Shown here in pieces: positions 10,301 to 16,724 of a stretch of 64,000 bases of DNA (position 1 is the stretch's first letter; every line of letters starts with the position of its first letter). The DNA is from Bacteroidales bacterium (lineage in GTDB: Bacteria; Bacteroidota; Bacteroidia; Bacteroidales; ML635J-15): positions 29,627 to 93,626 of the forward strand of contig JAFZRE010000004.1 in assembly GCA_017620015.1 (NCBI GenBank). Reading direction: 5' to 3'. The notes under the pieces were generated by a model, which saw nothing but the letters and a program-made list of their open reading frames with translations, searched no databases and was not told the origin of the DNA. Both the position numbers and the translations under genes were made by a program.

Positions 10301-10309
10301 TTTGTCCAT
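1361..10309 (-). CDS. Giant T9SS-secreted adhesin-like protein (about 2982 aa): LamG-like domain, 3 glycine-rich modules, many Ig-like repeats, an FN3-like domain and a T9SS C-terminal sorting domain
   Basis: The ORF is open to 10375, but Met at 10309 (MDKQNNNRRLF..) directly precedes the signal anchor RKSLFAIFLLFFSGIAFGQ. Domains seen: LamG/ConA-like (..AVDELRIWNVARTESQIAENY..); three modules FDYTG..KLEVWGA[EQ]GG..GGKGGYS..GGYNGGG..VAGGGGG..GNGYA[KR]IT; many Cys-bracketed 75-90-aa Ig-like units; LLSFTATCNGKYAKLAWTTASEHNNDYFIIERSED; and a C-terminal ..AFPNPFNGELTVVL..AAYMVRVSTADFVINKQVIKQ sorting domain. Confidence 0.85.
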   Translation of the reverse strand: MDKQNNNRRLFTRIIFDATIRKSLFAIFLLFFSGIAFGQLAKFGNALHFDGSNDYVDLTTITDVSAPFTVECWVKYEIMKGIGGESNTHTFIGSRNNQSTFDIKIESDRVHCDIGNASSWCSDHADFSSSYTTNTWYHIAYVVTSSNYSIYVNGEYKTTVSFSCSAVLANSNNIIRIGSGGPGAEEYFKGAVDELRIWNVARTESQIAENYNRELPTPTSQTGLVAYYDFNQGVVGGDNTGITSLIDKSGNNHNGTFRNMSLTGSESNFVGEIINISGDIPTPVVNVSSACPGGNVVLTVTNDEDRFTYGWWDNSSCTGAPLHEGTSYTINNMQSNATYYVRAYYGIESSFDYTGNVQTYTPEYSGEYKLEVWGAEGGNARYRGGTDSGGKGGYSYGNVTLIAGTQIYVVVGGAGANDCSGSDRAGGYNGGGTGTRHGNTDYHYGSGGGATHIAKDNNRGELRNYNSYRNEILIVAGGGGGASGNINEGRYWGGPGGSGGGTNGGNASSAGGQGTTATGGSQTSGGNGAGFGYGATGNSDGSGGGGGGWFGGGNNPNSDTRPSAGGSGYIGGVTGGSTSNGVRTGNGYAKITCIYSSEIATVPVELYAVPVVEIYPENPMICPGTTTTLRAATADGYLWNNGATTNEITVGGGTYTVTATNSNGCSVEISSTVTELTTPSAGEIDDVDACYFDDEITLTSNAAAIGVGTVEYRWIVGSITKDWSVAANYTLTDADRATLGSGNYNITREYRDDCSNLRGSTTGTLTINPPMNPPTVSGSTSIYCGQTATLTASSDVVGNLHYRWYSDPEGQNLIYEGSEFTTPALDANTTYYLQAVDVPLTSIPINFDYTGEVQTWEVPVGVTQVKLEVWGAQGGAPSGIDSHQQGGKGGYSCGTITLQQNTELYIYVGGQGLSDASGFNGGGFYQIFHAGNGGGGGGASDIRVGSGSLYARVIVAGGGGGQGGFDNYVWGDSNAMYGYGGGLSGGIGYRNENPAGTQTSGFSFGQGGPSEHVYGGNGGGGWYGGYGAKDPYDGGCGGSGYVYTASTASNYPSGCLLNSSYYLTEAQTIAGNISFPAPDGTNETGHTGNGYARITITEMADLPVICPSELMPVTVTVTTAPAPVVEVPNPNACQGDDVVLTITNPIDGLNYGWWNNSSCTGAPLHEGTSFTINNMLSDATYYVRINYNGLTCSSEITEVPVELYIRPSFTLNASSPISCNNTPVEFTITDATGNILRYEWSDGTITTDINHTVIPENTTTYVVTAYNDHCSASRSYTIAANAPNVTIISSDNDLCLDAGTQVAMFLQISGSLGEIYAWSTGENTSSINTNPSLTTTYTATVSGDNYACNTIVEHTVHVNPVVEISPENPMICPGTTISLTAATADGYLWNNGAHTNEITVGDGTYTVTATNSDRCSVEVATTVTEVTVLSAGEIADVHVCYSDDEITLTSNIAAIGGGTVEYRWNVGNITTDWSEATTYTLTAAERATFSIGTYNITREYRDECGNSGNTTGTLTINPPMNPPTVSGSTTIYCGQAATLTASSDVIGNLRYRWYSDPEGQNLVYEGSEFTTPALDATTTYYLQVIEAQPTLNPIDFDYTGHVQTWEVPVGVTQVKLEVWGAEGGRGLDNGSLRAAGGKGGYSYGNYASTPGQTLYIGVGGKGTDGSNRTNSPGGYNGGGNGTEDQNDDESSGGGGGATHIAIITGTLSDIGYSNRSNVLIVAGGGGGGSFAQNGGYGGGTTGSSGVAGGAGGTESPTSSDFGRGENGSGTGNQNGVAGGGGGWSGGKTNPTANCDCNSAGGGSGYVRTSATAPDASTDNCLTDAQTIAGNTTFLAPNGTNETGHSGNGYARITITEMLVHADICPSELMPVTVTVTTAPAPVVEINSACIGTPSELVVSNPMDGFSYQWSTTSDFSTIEATGATFTPTVDAQTTYYVRSVVGSDCPSLSANVMLTPVPAPTFTLSSSADSYCEGAPAVVLTAEDPSSDIISYQWSDGTISAEPSHTVNPEHTTTYTLTVTNGTCIVASQEITILVDAPDITIVSDNDECVAIGTEVTLNIANHEMYELSLGAESAQTNNFLPTYSYFCYSLSEMIYTSAEMGSAGTITSIKLYMNRYEDTRNIDVYMKHTTKSRFASNIDWENFSSSDRVGNFSASASGWITIELDEPFYYNGINNLLIGYDDNTGTYRGINNYKVYPCSDYQSIMVYSDPTNYNPSSATSYSAHNRYTNKLSTIFIKGSPCSYEWSNASTGSSITVSPTETTTYTVSVTNGAHACPAIWDYTVKVNPEPTLASGEAVCIGTEATLTAGGGISYDWGNGFVAENTNVVTPADNTEYTVTVKNSDGCTASASVTQNILVPGNVPATNAVHGHIWTGRESSDWSDSRNWVIFSNNGYDFARNAPTTYNKVVIRSGETCISNNPTVNVDGVANDVTVREGHSLTVSNGHSLSVNGDLSLVGNLILDGSSQVVATGNASIASGSTVTFAIGDTLNADGNLTLDGSLNFPAVLPAADDTTRAVIIGGDLIVNSGASLGNGGTLVFAGNGAHGLVNNTGSDLTIKNNVELRRPRNGSMPGNVPHTVFPNGTIFGRAAIFGYGILDGNITFNASGRAICSGYESYASDTVTKIGGGNMFTFPTGDDNVLGSITAQIGSEDIVNAKFHHKSSDNGDGTHGYTTDVIPRWWHINDMCPEDGGNRFDHVSNFEYWDISSPAELSNVTLMSNAATSAEHFSSPNEYNGNVIQVAAYTNGCWKNFGGEAGISGSDHNVITITGARIPKDPHRAVADFLVTLGSKSRGTVLPIELLSFTATCNGKYAKLAWTTASEHNNDYFIIERSEDAINFTEVGRVAGAGSSIELIDYTYNDYGIMGGDNYYRLVQMDYDGSRTASEIVVATCVDTEVSEPDVQAFPNPFNGELTVVLDNFENRPARIEVYDMLGKMIVFEKADAPQNSYETILNLSNLPPAAYMVRVSTADFVINKQVIKQ
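4665..6245 (-). repeat. Copy B of an intragenic segmental duplication of about 1.55 kb (3 Ig-like units + glycine-rich module + CPSELMPVTVTVTTAPAPVVE linker)
   Basis: Protein NPVVEISPENPMICPGTTISLTAATADGYLWNNGAHTNEITVG.. to ..GNGYARITITEM..CPSELMPVTVTVTTAPAPVVE parallels copy A. The flanks are near-identical at nucleotide level (6190-6240 vs 8440-8490; 4665-4725 vs 6945-7010). Confidence 0.8.
6945..8495 (-). repeat. Copy A of the intragenic segmental duplication
   Basis: Protein VPVVEIYPENPMICPGTTTTLRAATADGYLWNNGATTNEITVG.. to ..GNGYARITITEM..CPSELMPVTVTVTTAPAPVVE. See copy B. Confidence 0.8.
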
Positions 10310-10797
10310 ACTGGTATTTATAATGATACCAATAGTATGGCTACAATGCTGTTGAGTCATAATAGTCTCATTCATATAATAGAATAGTTAAAATAAAGTA
10401 TAAAGCAAAAAGTTAAATGGGCGCAAAAATAATGAGAAAGTAGGGTTGCTCAATGCTTCTATTCTAATTAATATAATACACAAAACAATATTTATACAAA
10501 ATATAATTTCATCATCACAAAATGAATACAATATTGCAACGGTGCAATCCGAGTTCTTGTCATGGAGCAAATGTTTCTATGTCTGTATTGTTTTCTAGTC
10601 AATGGTGTTTTTATTCTCAGTTTATTCAATAATTATATTTATCCGCCAACAATAAATATAATCTGCATAATATGCTCTAAAATTTAACACAAATCATCGT
10701 TTTGGAATGTCATTATAAGTATCTGATTTTTTGTATGTTGAACAATAGGTTGTGAGTAAAATATGTACCGAAAACAATTACGAGGGGAAAAATAAAT

Positions 10798-10805
10798 TAC
10801 TTTTG
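10798..10805 (+). promoter_or_regulatory. Candidate Bacteroidota -7 promoter box (TAnnTTTG) for the TonB receptor gene
   Basis: TACTTTTG lies 23 nt upstream of the ATG at 10829. Confidence 0.4.
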
Positions 10806-10828
10806 CAACTTGTAAAAAGGCAAACTAT

Positions 10829-13222
10829 ATGATAAAACGTTTATTATCAAGCACATTTGCTATTATCGCATGTATTATTATATGTGCGGACGGCTATTCG
10901 CAGTCGGCAAAACTGAAGGGAAAAGTAACAGACGAGGCAACTAAGGAAGGATTGTTCGGTGTGAATGTCATGGTGACAAGCACCAACGAGAAAGTGAAGA
11001 CAGGAACCAGTACCGATTTTGATGGAAACTACGAAATTGCACTGCCAGAAGGTTCTTACAAGGTTAAGTACAATTATATAGGGTACAAAAATCATAACGA
11101 GGACATAACCATTTCTGGTGCTGATGTTACAAAGAATGTCGTTCTTGCTCAGGATGCCGAAATCATTGATGAGGTAGTGGTAAGTGCCGGTAAGTACGAG
11201 CAGAAGTTGCAGGACATCACCATTTCGATGGAAGTCTTGAAACCGCAGGCGATTGAGAGCAAGAACACCTATAATATAGAATCGTCGCTCAACAAGGTTC
11301 CGGGTGTGGATGTAAACAACCACCAGCCGAGTATTCGTTCGTGTACAGGATGGAGTTACGGTGCAGGTAGCCGTGTTATGATATTGGTTGATGAAATGCC
11401 AATAATGTCGGCTGACATTGCGGATGCAAAATGGAACTATATTCCTACAGAGAACATTTCGCAAGTCGAGGTGCTGAAAGGCGCTTCATCGGCACTGTTC
11501 GGTTCGCAAGCGTTGGGCGGTGTGATAAACATCCGCACGGCATATCCTACTGCGGAGCCAATGACAAAGGTAAATGCATTCTTTGGTGTTTATGGTAATC
11601 CCGCAGACGAGCGTTTCAAGTGGTGGGGCGATGAGCAGAATCCTGCATATTATGGAGCAAGTTTCCTGCATAGCCAGCAGTTCGGCAACTTCGATTTCGT
11701 ACTCGGTGGAAATTTCTACAAGAACGAAGGCTTCCGCAATACCGAATACGAACGCCGTGCCCGACTGAACACAAACCTTCGTTACCGCTTCAAAAAGGTT
11801 GACGGCCTTTCGATTGGCGTAAATGCAAACTACATGCTCAATCAGATTAGCGACTTCTTCATGTGGCAATCAGATACGATGCCGTATGTTTCGAATACTA
11901 TGTTTGGCGGTTCGTCTGCTCCTACTCAGGGCTACAGGGTAAATGTTGACCCATCTGTTCAGTACATCTGTCCGAAAAACGAGGACCGTCACAGCCTTCG
12001 CACAAGATTCTTCCGCACATTGAACGAAATTTCCAACGACACTATGAAAAACAGCCTTGGTGATGTTTGGTACGCAGAGTATCAGTACCAGAAATCGTTG
12101 GAACACTGGAAAATTTCGGCAGGTGCTGTAGATAATTATCAGGTTGTGATATCAAATATGTTTAGCAACCACTATAGCAACGAGGTTGCTGCGTATGTAC
12201 AGGGCGATGCCCGTTATGGCAGACTGAAGTTCTCGCTAGGTGTACGATTCGAGTATTTCAAGGTCGATACATCAATGACCAAAACCGAACTTAAGTTTGG
12301 CAAGGATACCATTAATATTCCGATTAAGCCGGTTGCTCGTCTAGGTGTCAACTATCAGGTTGCCGAGGCTACTTTCCTGCGTGCTTCGTTCGGACAGGGC
12401 TACAGATTCCCTGCCGTTTCCGAGAAATTCATTTCGATGGCATTGGGTGCTGTAAAAGTCTTCCCGAACAACAATCTTAATCCTGAAACAAGCTGGAGCG
12501 TGGAAGTCGGAGCAAAGCAAGGCTACAAGTTTGGCAAGTGGAAAGGCTTTGCCGATGCTGCAGTGTATTTCCAACGCATGTACAATATGATGGAATTTGG
12601 CTTTGTTGTTCTTAATTCTCTTACAGGAGAACCTTACGAACTTGGTCAGGTTGGCGACCCCGAGATGGGATTCCAGTGTGCCAATGTTGGAAACGCTGAC
12701 ATCTTTGGTGTTGACCTTTCGGGCGTAATTACCGGTCCGCTTGGCAACTGGGGTGAACTTAATGCAATGGTCGGCTATACCTACAACAATCCGAAATACA
12801 TTTCCGATGACATTGACCCGTCAACATCAACCGACGACAAGACTTTGAAATACAGATATAAACATTCAGTAAAAGCCGATGTCAGCCTGACTGCAAAATG
12901 GTTTGAAGTTGGCTTCGACCTAGTATGGAAAAGCAAGGTCAAGAATGTTGACCGCCTGTTCTGCGATGAGCGTCCAGAGGAGGAAGTTATTGGTGATTAT
13001 GCAGTGCTGAGTTCTCTCATATTGCCAGGATATTGGGACTACCGCATCAGAACTGCTGAACAAAATTTCTGGAACATAGACTTCTATGTAGGAGCAAAAA
13101 TATACAAGGAAACAAAAATTTCATTCCACATAAAGAACCTTTTGAATCAGGTATATTGTGGTCGTCCGGGCGACATTTGCGCACCACGCCGCTTTGAAGT
13201 ATCATTATCGTCAAAATTTTAA
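10829..13222 (+). CDS. TonB-dependent outer-membrane receptor with an N-terminal carboxypeptidase-regulatory-like domain (not obviously SusC-type)
   Basis: Signal peptide, then CarboxypepD_reg pattern GKVTDEATKEGLFGVNVMV..TDFDGNYEIALPEGSYKVKYNYIGYK. There is a TonB-box-like IDEVVVSA, a plug (..VEVLKGASSALFGSQALGGVINIRT), a long beta-barrel and a terminal aromatic residue (..SLSSKF). Confidence 0.9.
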   Translation: MIKRLLSSTFAIIACIIICADGYSQSAKLKGKVTDEATKEGLFGVNVMVTSTNEKVKTGTSTDFDGNYEIALPEGSYKVKYNYIGYKNHNEDITISGADVTKNVVLAQDAEIIDEVVVSAGKYEQKLQDITISMEVLKPQAIESKNTYNIESSLNKVPGVDVNNHQPSIRSCTGWSYGAGSRVMILVDEMPIMSADIADAKWNYIPTENISQVEVLKGASSALFGSQALGGVINIRTAYPTAEPMTKVNAFFGVYGNPADERFKWWGDEQNPAYYGASFLHSQQFGNFDFVLGGNFYKNEGFRNTEYERRARLNTNLRYRFKKVDGLSIGVNANYMLNQISDFFMWQSDTMPYVSNTMFGGSSAPTQGYRVNVDPSVQYICPKNEDRHSLRTRFFRTLNEISNDTMKNSLGDVWYAEYQYQKSLEHWKISAGAVDNYQVVISNMFSNHYSNEVAAYVQGDARYGRLKFSLGVRFEYFKVDTSMTKTELKFGKDTINIPIKPVARLGVNYQVAEATFLRASFGQGYRFPAVSEKFISMALGAVKVFPNNNLNPETSWSVEVGAKQGYKFGKWKGFADAAVYFQRMYNMMEFGFVVLNSLTGEPYELGQVGDPEMGFQCANVGNADIFGVDLSGVITGPLGNWGELNAMVGYTYNNPKYISDDIDPSTSTDDKTLKYRYKHSVKADVSLTAKWFEVGFDLVWKSKVKNVDRLFCDERPEEEVIGDYAVLSSLILPGYWDYRIRTAEQNFWNIDFYVGAKIYKETKISFHIKNLLNQVYCGRPGDICAPRRFEVSLSSKF

Positions 13223-13232
13223 ATTTTAGAAT

Positions 13233-14516
13233 ATGAAGAATTTTTTATCAGTATTTTTGTTTGTCGTTCTTGCATTTGTAGCAAGTGCGCAATATGATGG
13301 AGCTGCGGGTCCGCTTGTCGTTTGCGGAGAAGGCGAGTCTTGTCCTCCAGATATTAACGGTGTATATTCTACAGGTATAGTACCATATTCTCCAACGGTG
13401 GAAAATTTCCCAGAAATTCGAGCTTGCGAGCCGGTGGATATGTGCGTAACCATGCATTGTCCATCATCAATTAACTTGGGTAATGTAGGATTAGGTACGG
13501 GAACAATTACTTTACGCGGAGTTGAAGTCAAAGGGTTCGGTGGATTGCCTGCTGGTATAAACTATTGCATTTCGAATCCAAACTGGCAACCAGACGGTTA
13601 CTATACACTTCATTTGACAGGTACTCCTACTGAATCTGGACCTTTCCAGTTGAAGTTGAGCGCGGTACTATCAGGAACTTTAATATCGGTAAATACCGAC
13701 ACTTTCTTCCCCAACGGAATGGATGCTATTCAGGTTACAGTGCAAGAAGCTACACCTCTTGTCGCTGGATTCTCTGCTGATGCAACCAATATAACAGCAG
13801 GTAGCGCCATCAACTTTACAAACACATCGACGGGTTATCAGGCAACCCGCACATGGACTTTCGAAGGTGGCAATCCAGCAACTTCGACAGAGGAAAATCC
13901 ACGCGTAATATATTCTACCCCTGGTACATATCAGGTTTCGTTGACTATTACTAATGCTTGCGGAGAAAATACAAAGACCGAAACTTCATACATAACAGTT
14001 ACTGAACAGCAACAAGGCGAAGCTCCTGTTGCAGAGTTTTCGTATGCAGTAACACAGCTGGAAGAAGGATTTTCGGTTCAGTTTAACGATGGTAGCACCA
14101 ACTTGCCGACATCATGGAGCTGGACATTTGCTAATGGAACACCAGAAACATCTACCGAACAAAACCCAGTGGTAACATTTGCAGAAGATGGCGATTACCT
14201 TGTTACGCTTGTTGCCGAAAACGAGTTTGGTCGTGATTCAATAGCGCGTACAATTACACTTTCAAGTATAGAGGAATATAACATTGACGAGCTTGTTAAT
14301 ATATATCCTAATCCGACAAGCAGTATCCTTAACATTGAGGCAGAAGACCTTGTTTCGGTTAGCATTATTGATATGTTGGGAAGAGTAGTATATTTTGCAG
14401 ACGAAAATTGCTCGGCAGCAAGCATCGACCTCAGCGGTTTCGCAAATGCCGAATATATGGTAAAGGTTGAAACTAAAAAAGGAAGTTCTTTGAAACGAAT
14501 AATAAAGACAAAATAA
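13233..14516 (+). CDS. T9SS-secreted surface protein, paralog 1: Cys-patterned He_PIG-like N-module, 2 PKD domains, T9SS CTD
   Basis: Signal peptide MKNFLSVFLFVVLAFVASAQ. N-module motifs ..GLPAGINYC..LHLTGTPTESGPFQL. PKD units (..WTFEGGNPATSTEENPRVIYSTPGTYQVSLTI..). CTD VNIYPNPTSSILNIEAED..AEYMVKVETKKGSSLKRIIKTK. It starts 10 nt after the receptor stop. Confidence 0.85.
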   Translation: MKNFLSVFLFVVLAFVASAQYDGAAGPLVVCGEGESCPPDINGVYSTGIVPYSPTVENFPEIRACEPVDMCVTMHCPSSINLGNVGLGTGTITLRGVEVKGFGGLPAGINYCISNPNWQPDGYYTLHLTGTPTESGPFQLKLSAVLSGTLISVNTDTFFPNGMDAIQVTVQEATPLVAGFSADATNITAGSAINFTNTSTGYQATRTWTFEGGNPATSTEENPRVIYSTPGTYQVSLTITNACGENTKTETSYITVTEQQQGEAPVAEFSYAVTQLEEGFSVQFNDGSTNLPTSWSWTFANGTPETSTEQNPVVTFAEDGDYLVTLVAENEFGRDSIARTITLSSIEEYNIDELVNIYPNPTSSILNIEAEDLVSVSIIDMLGRVVYFADENCSAASIDLSGFANAEYMVKVETKKGSSLKRIIKTK

Positions 14517-14606
14517 TTATTTATAGCTCGTTGAGCGTAGTCGAAACGGCGATTGAATAGCAAATCGATTTCCTTCACTTCGACCCTTCGACAGGCTCTG
14601 GGTGCG

Positions 14607-14646
14607 ATGCTCAGTGGGCGGGGAAAAGACTATGCTCAGTGGGCGG
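14607..14646 (+). repeat. 15-bp perfect direct repeat (ATGCTCAGTGGGCGG x2, 25-bp period) in the intergenic spacer
   Basis: Copies at 14607-14621 and 14632-14646, preceded by CTTCGACCCTTCGACAGGCTCTGGGTGCG. Confidence 0.8.
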
Positions 14647-14683
14647 AAATAAACAAGAGTATAATTTTAAAATTAGTATAGAT

Positions 14684-16591
14684 ATGAAAAAGTTTTTACT
14701 TTCAGCAATTGCAATATTTGCAATGAGTTTGTGCAGTTTCGCACAGATTCCTGTTTGTCAGGATGCTTGTGAACCACATGCTAATGATGCAGACTATTCA
14801 ACAGGTGTAATACCTACATATCCAACAGCATTTGCACCTTTGACAGTTGGTGTGCCGGTTGACGAATGTATCAGCATTAAGATTCCGTCACAAATAAGCG
14901 GTTCTGCTATAAGTTCAGCATTAAGTTGGGTTACTTTATCAATTACAAGTATCACTGCAAACGAACTTGTTAATCTTCCTGATGGTTTGACAGCTTGTGC
15001 AAGTGCTAACCCGATGTATGCCAATAACACATATACCTTGCGTATTACAGGAACTCCGACCACTCCAGGAACTTACAATTTGAATATGAGAGCAGAATTG
15101 GAAGGAGGAACAGGAACAAGTTTGGCAAATACTTATACAAATGGTACTAATGGTGTTTCGACCAACATTACCATTACAGTTGTTGAAGCTGGTGATATGG
15201 CGGCAAACTTCTCAACCACTCCTTCTGCTACAGGTATGTTGACACAAGCAGTTCACATTAATGAAGGTGAAACTGTTACATTTGCCGACCTCAGCACAGG
15301 TGCTGACCACATTGCATGGACATTCGAAGGTGGTTCACCTGCGACTTCAACAGATGCTAATGTTACCGTTACATACGCAACTGCTGGTACTTACACAGCA
15401 ACTCTCACAGCTTACAATGCTGACGAATCGCAGAGCGACAGCAAGTCGGTAACAATTGAAGTTTCGGAAGTTGTAATTGACGCAAGTTTCACAACCGACC
15501 CTGCTGCATCAGGTTTATTTACTCAGTCGGTAACTATCGAACAAGGTCAGACTATTACTTACACCAACACTAGCACCAACGCTCATCATATTGCTTGGTC
15601 GTTCCAGGGTGGAGATCCAACAACTTCGACAAACAACGAGGTCACTGTAACATACAATACCGTTGGTACATTCACAACTGAACTTGTTGCATACAACGAG
15701 GACGAAACCGATTCTGACGCTGCAACTCTTACCGTTACCGTAAATGTATCGGCAGAAAATGCTGTTACTGCCGACTTCACCACCGACCCAGAAGCAACTA
15801 ACATGTATGTTATTTCATACATTGCAATAAATCAAGGCGAAACCGTTACATTTACTAACGCAAGCACAAATGCTCACCATATTGCATGGACGTTCGAAAG
15901 CGGTTCACCTGCAACTTCAACCGAAGATGTTGTTACAGTTACCTACGCAGAAGCAAGCGACACCTACTTCACCGCAACACTTACCGCTTACAACGAAGAC
16001 GAAACTATCAGCGACACCAAATCGGTATATGTAAGAGTTGCTTCTAATGACCCGAATGCTGTTGAGGCAAGTTTCACAACCGACCCAGCTTATACTGACT
16101 TGTATATCACCAGAATGCTTACCATTGAAACTGGAACAACCGTTACCTATACAAGCACTTGCAGTGAAAATACCGACCATATTTCTTGGAATTTTGAAGG
16201 CGGTTCTCCTGCAACTTCAACCGAAAATGTTGTCAGTGTAACATACAGCACAGCAGGTAGCTACACAACCACTCTTACTGCTTACAGCGCAGACGGAACA
16301 AATACCGATGAGTTCACACTTTCAGTAACCGTTACCGACCCAGTTGCAGTAGAAGAAAATGCTATCAGCGAAATCAGCGTTTATCCTAACCCGACAAGCT
16401 CAATTATCAACATTGCTGCAGAAGGAATGCAGAACATTACTATCATCGACATGACTGGCCGCGTAGTAATGAGCAAGGATGTAAATTCCAACTTTGAGAC
16501 TATCAGTGCAGAAGGTTTTGCAAAGGCTAACTATATGGTTAGAATTGCAACTGCCGATGGTGTGGTTGTTAAGAACATTGTTGTAGAATAA
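14684..16591 (+). CDS. T9SS-secreted surface protein, paralog 2: He_PIG-like N-module, 4 PKD-like domains, T9SS CTD
   Basis: Met at 14684 begins the signal peptide MKKFLLSAIAIFAMSLCSFAQ; the ORF-track start at 14639 is an upstream extension. N-module motifs ..LPDGLTACAS..LRITGTPTTPGTYNL. It has 4 units of ..HIAWTFEGGSPATST..VTVTY..AG.YT.TLTAYN.DE... CTD SVYPNPTSSIINIAAEGMQNITIIDMTGRVV... Confidence 0.85.
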   Translation: MKKFLLSAIAIFAMSLCSFAQIPVCQDACEPHANDADYSTGVIPTYPTAFAPLTVGVPVDECISIKIPSQISGSAISSALSWVTLSITSITANELVNLPDGLTACASANPMYANNTYTLRITGTPTTPGTYNLNMRAELEGGTGTSLANTYTNGTNGVSTNITITVVEAGDMAANFSTTPSATGMLTQAVHINEGETVTFADLSTGADHIAWTFEGGSPATSTDANVTVTYATAGTYTATLTAYNADESQSDSKSVTIEVSEVVIDASFTTDPAASGLFTQSVTIEQGQTITYTNTSTNAHHIAWSFQGGDPTTSTNNEVTVTYNTVGTFTTELVAYNEDETDSDAATLTVTVNVSAENAVTADFTTDPEATNMYVISYIAINQGETVTFTNASTNAHHIAWTFESGSPATSTEDVVTVTYAEASDTYFTATLTAYNEDETISDTKSVYVRVASNDPNAVEASFTTDPAYTDLYITRMLTIETGTTVTYTSTCSENTDHISWNFEGGSPATSTENVVSVTYSTAGSYTTTLTAYSADGTNTDEFTLSVTVTDPVAVEENAISEISVYPNPTSSIINIAAEGMQNITIIDMTGRVVMSKDVNSNFETISAEGFAKANYMVRIATADGVVVKNIVVE

Positions 16592-16611
16592 ATTAGTACT
16601 ATTGTTTATTT

Positions 16612-16647
16612 AATGGTGTGGAGCGGTTGCTTCACACCATTTTTTTT
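16612..16647 (+). terminator. Rho-independent terminator after paralog 2
   Basis: AATGGTGTG (16612-16620) pairs with CACACCATT (16633-16641), followed by a T-run to 16647. Confidence 0.75.
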
Positions 16648-16680
16648 GTAAAAATCGTTCACACACGCAAAAATTTTCTT

Positions 16681-16688
16681 TACATTTG
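16681..16688 (+). promoter_or_regulatory. Candidate -7 box (TACATTTG) for paralog 3
   Basis: It matches TAnnTTTG and lies 36 nt upstream of the ATG at 16725. Confidence 0.4.
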
Positions 16689-16724
16689 CTGAAATTTGTT
16701 GATGTTTAATTAAAGCTTACTGAC

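Noticed and set aside
10310-10375. 22-codon N-terminal extension of giant gene 1
   Set aside because: MNETIMTQQHCSHTIGIIINTS precedes a Met (10309) that gives a standard positively charged n-region and hydrophobic signal anchor. The longer start cannot be excluded but adds nothing recognisable.
10376-10828. Possible riboswitch (B12, TPP or other) upstream of the TonB receptor, and a lysine riboswitch upstream of lysC (20992-21378)
   Set aside because: Both regions are AT-rich or repeat-filled, and I could recognise none of the conserved cores (B12 box GCCACTG, TPP CUGAGA, lysine GAGGCGC).
14639-14683. Upstream start for paralog 2 (MGGNKQEYNFKISID..)
   Set aside because: It begins inside the 15-bp direct repeat. 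The Met at 14684 gives a canonical signal peptide nearly identical to that of paralog 3.
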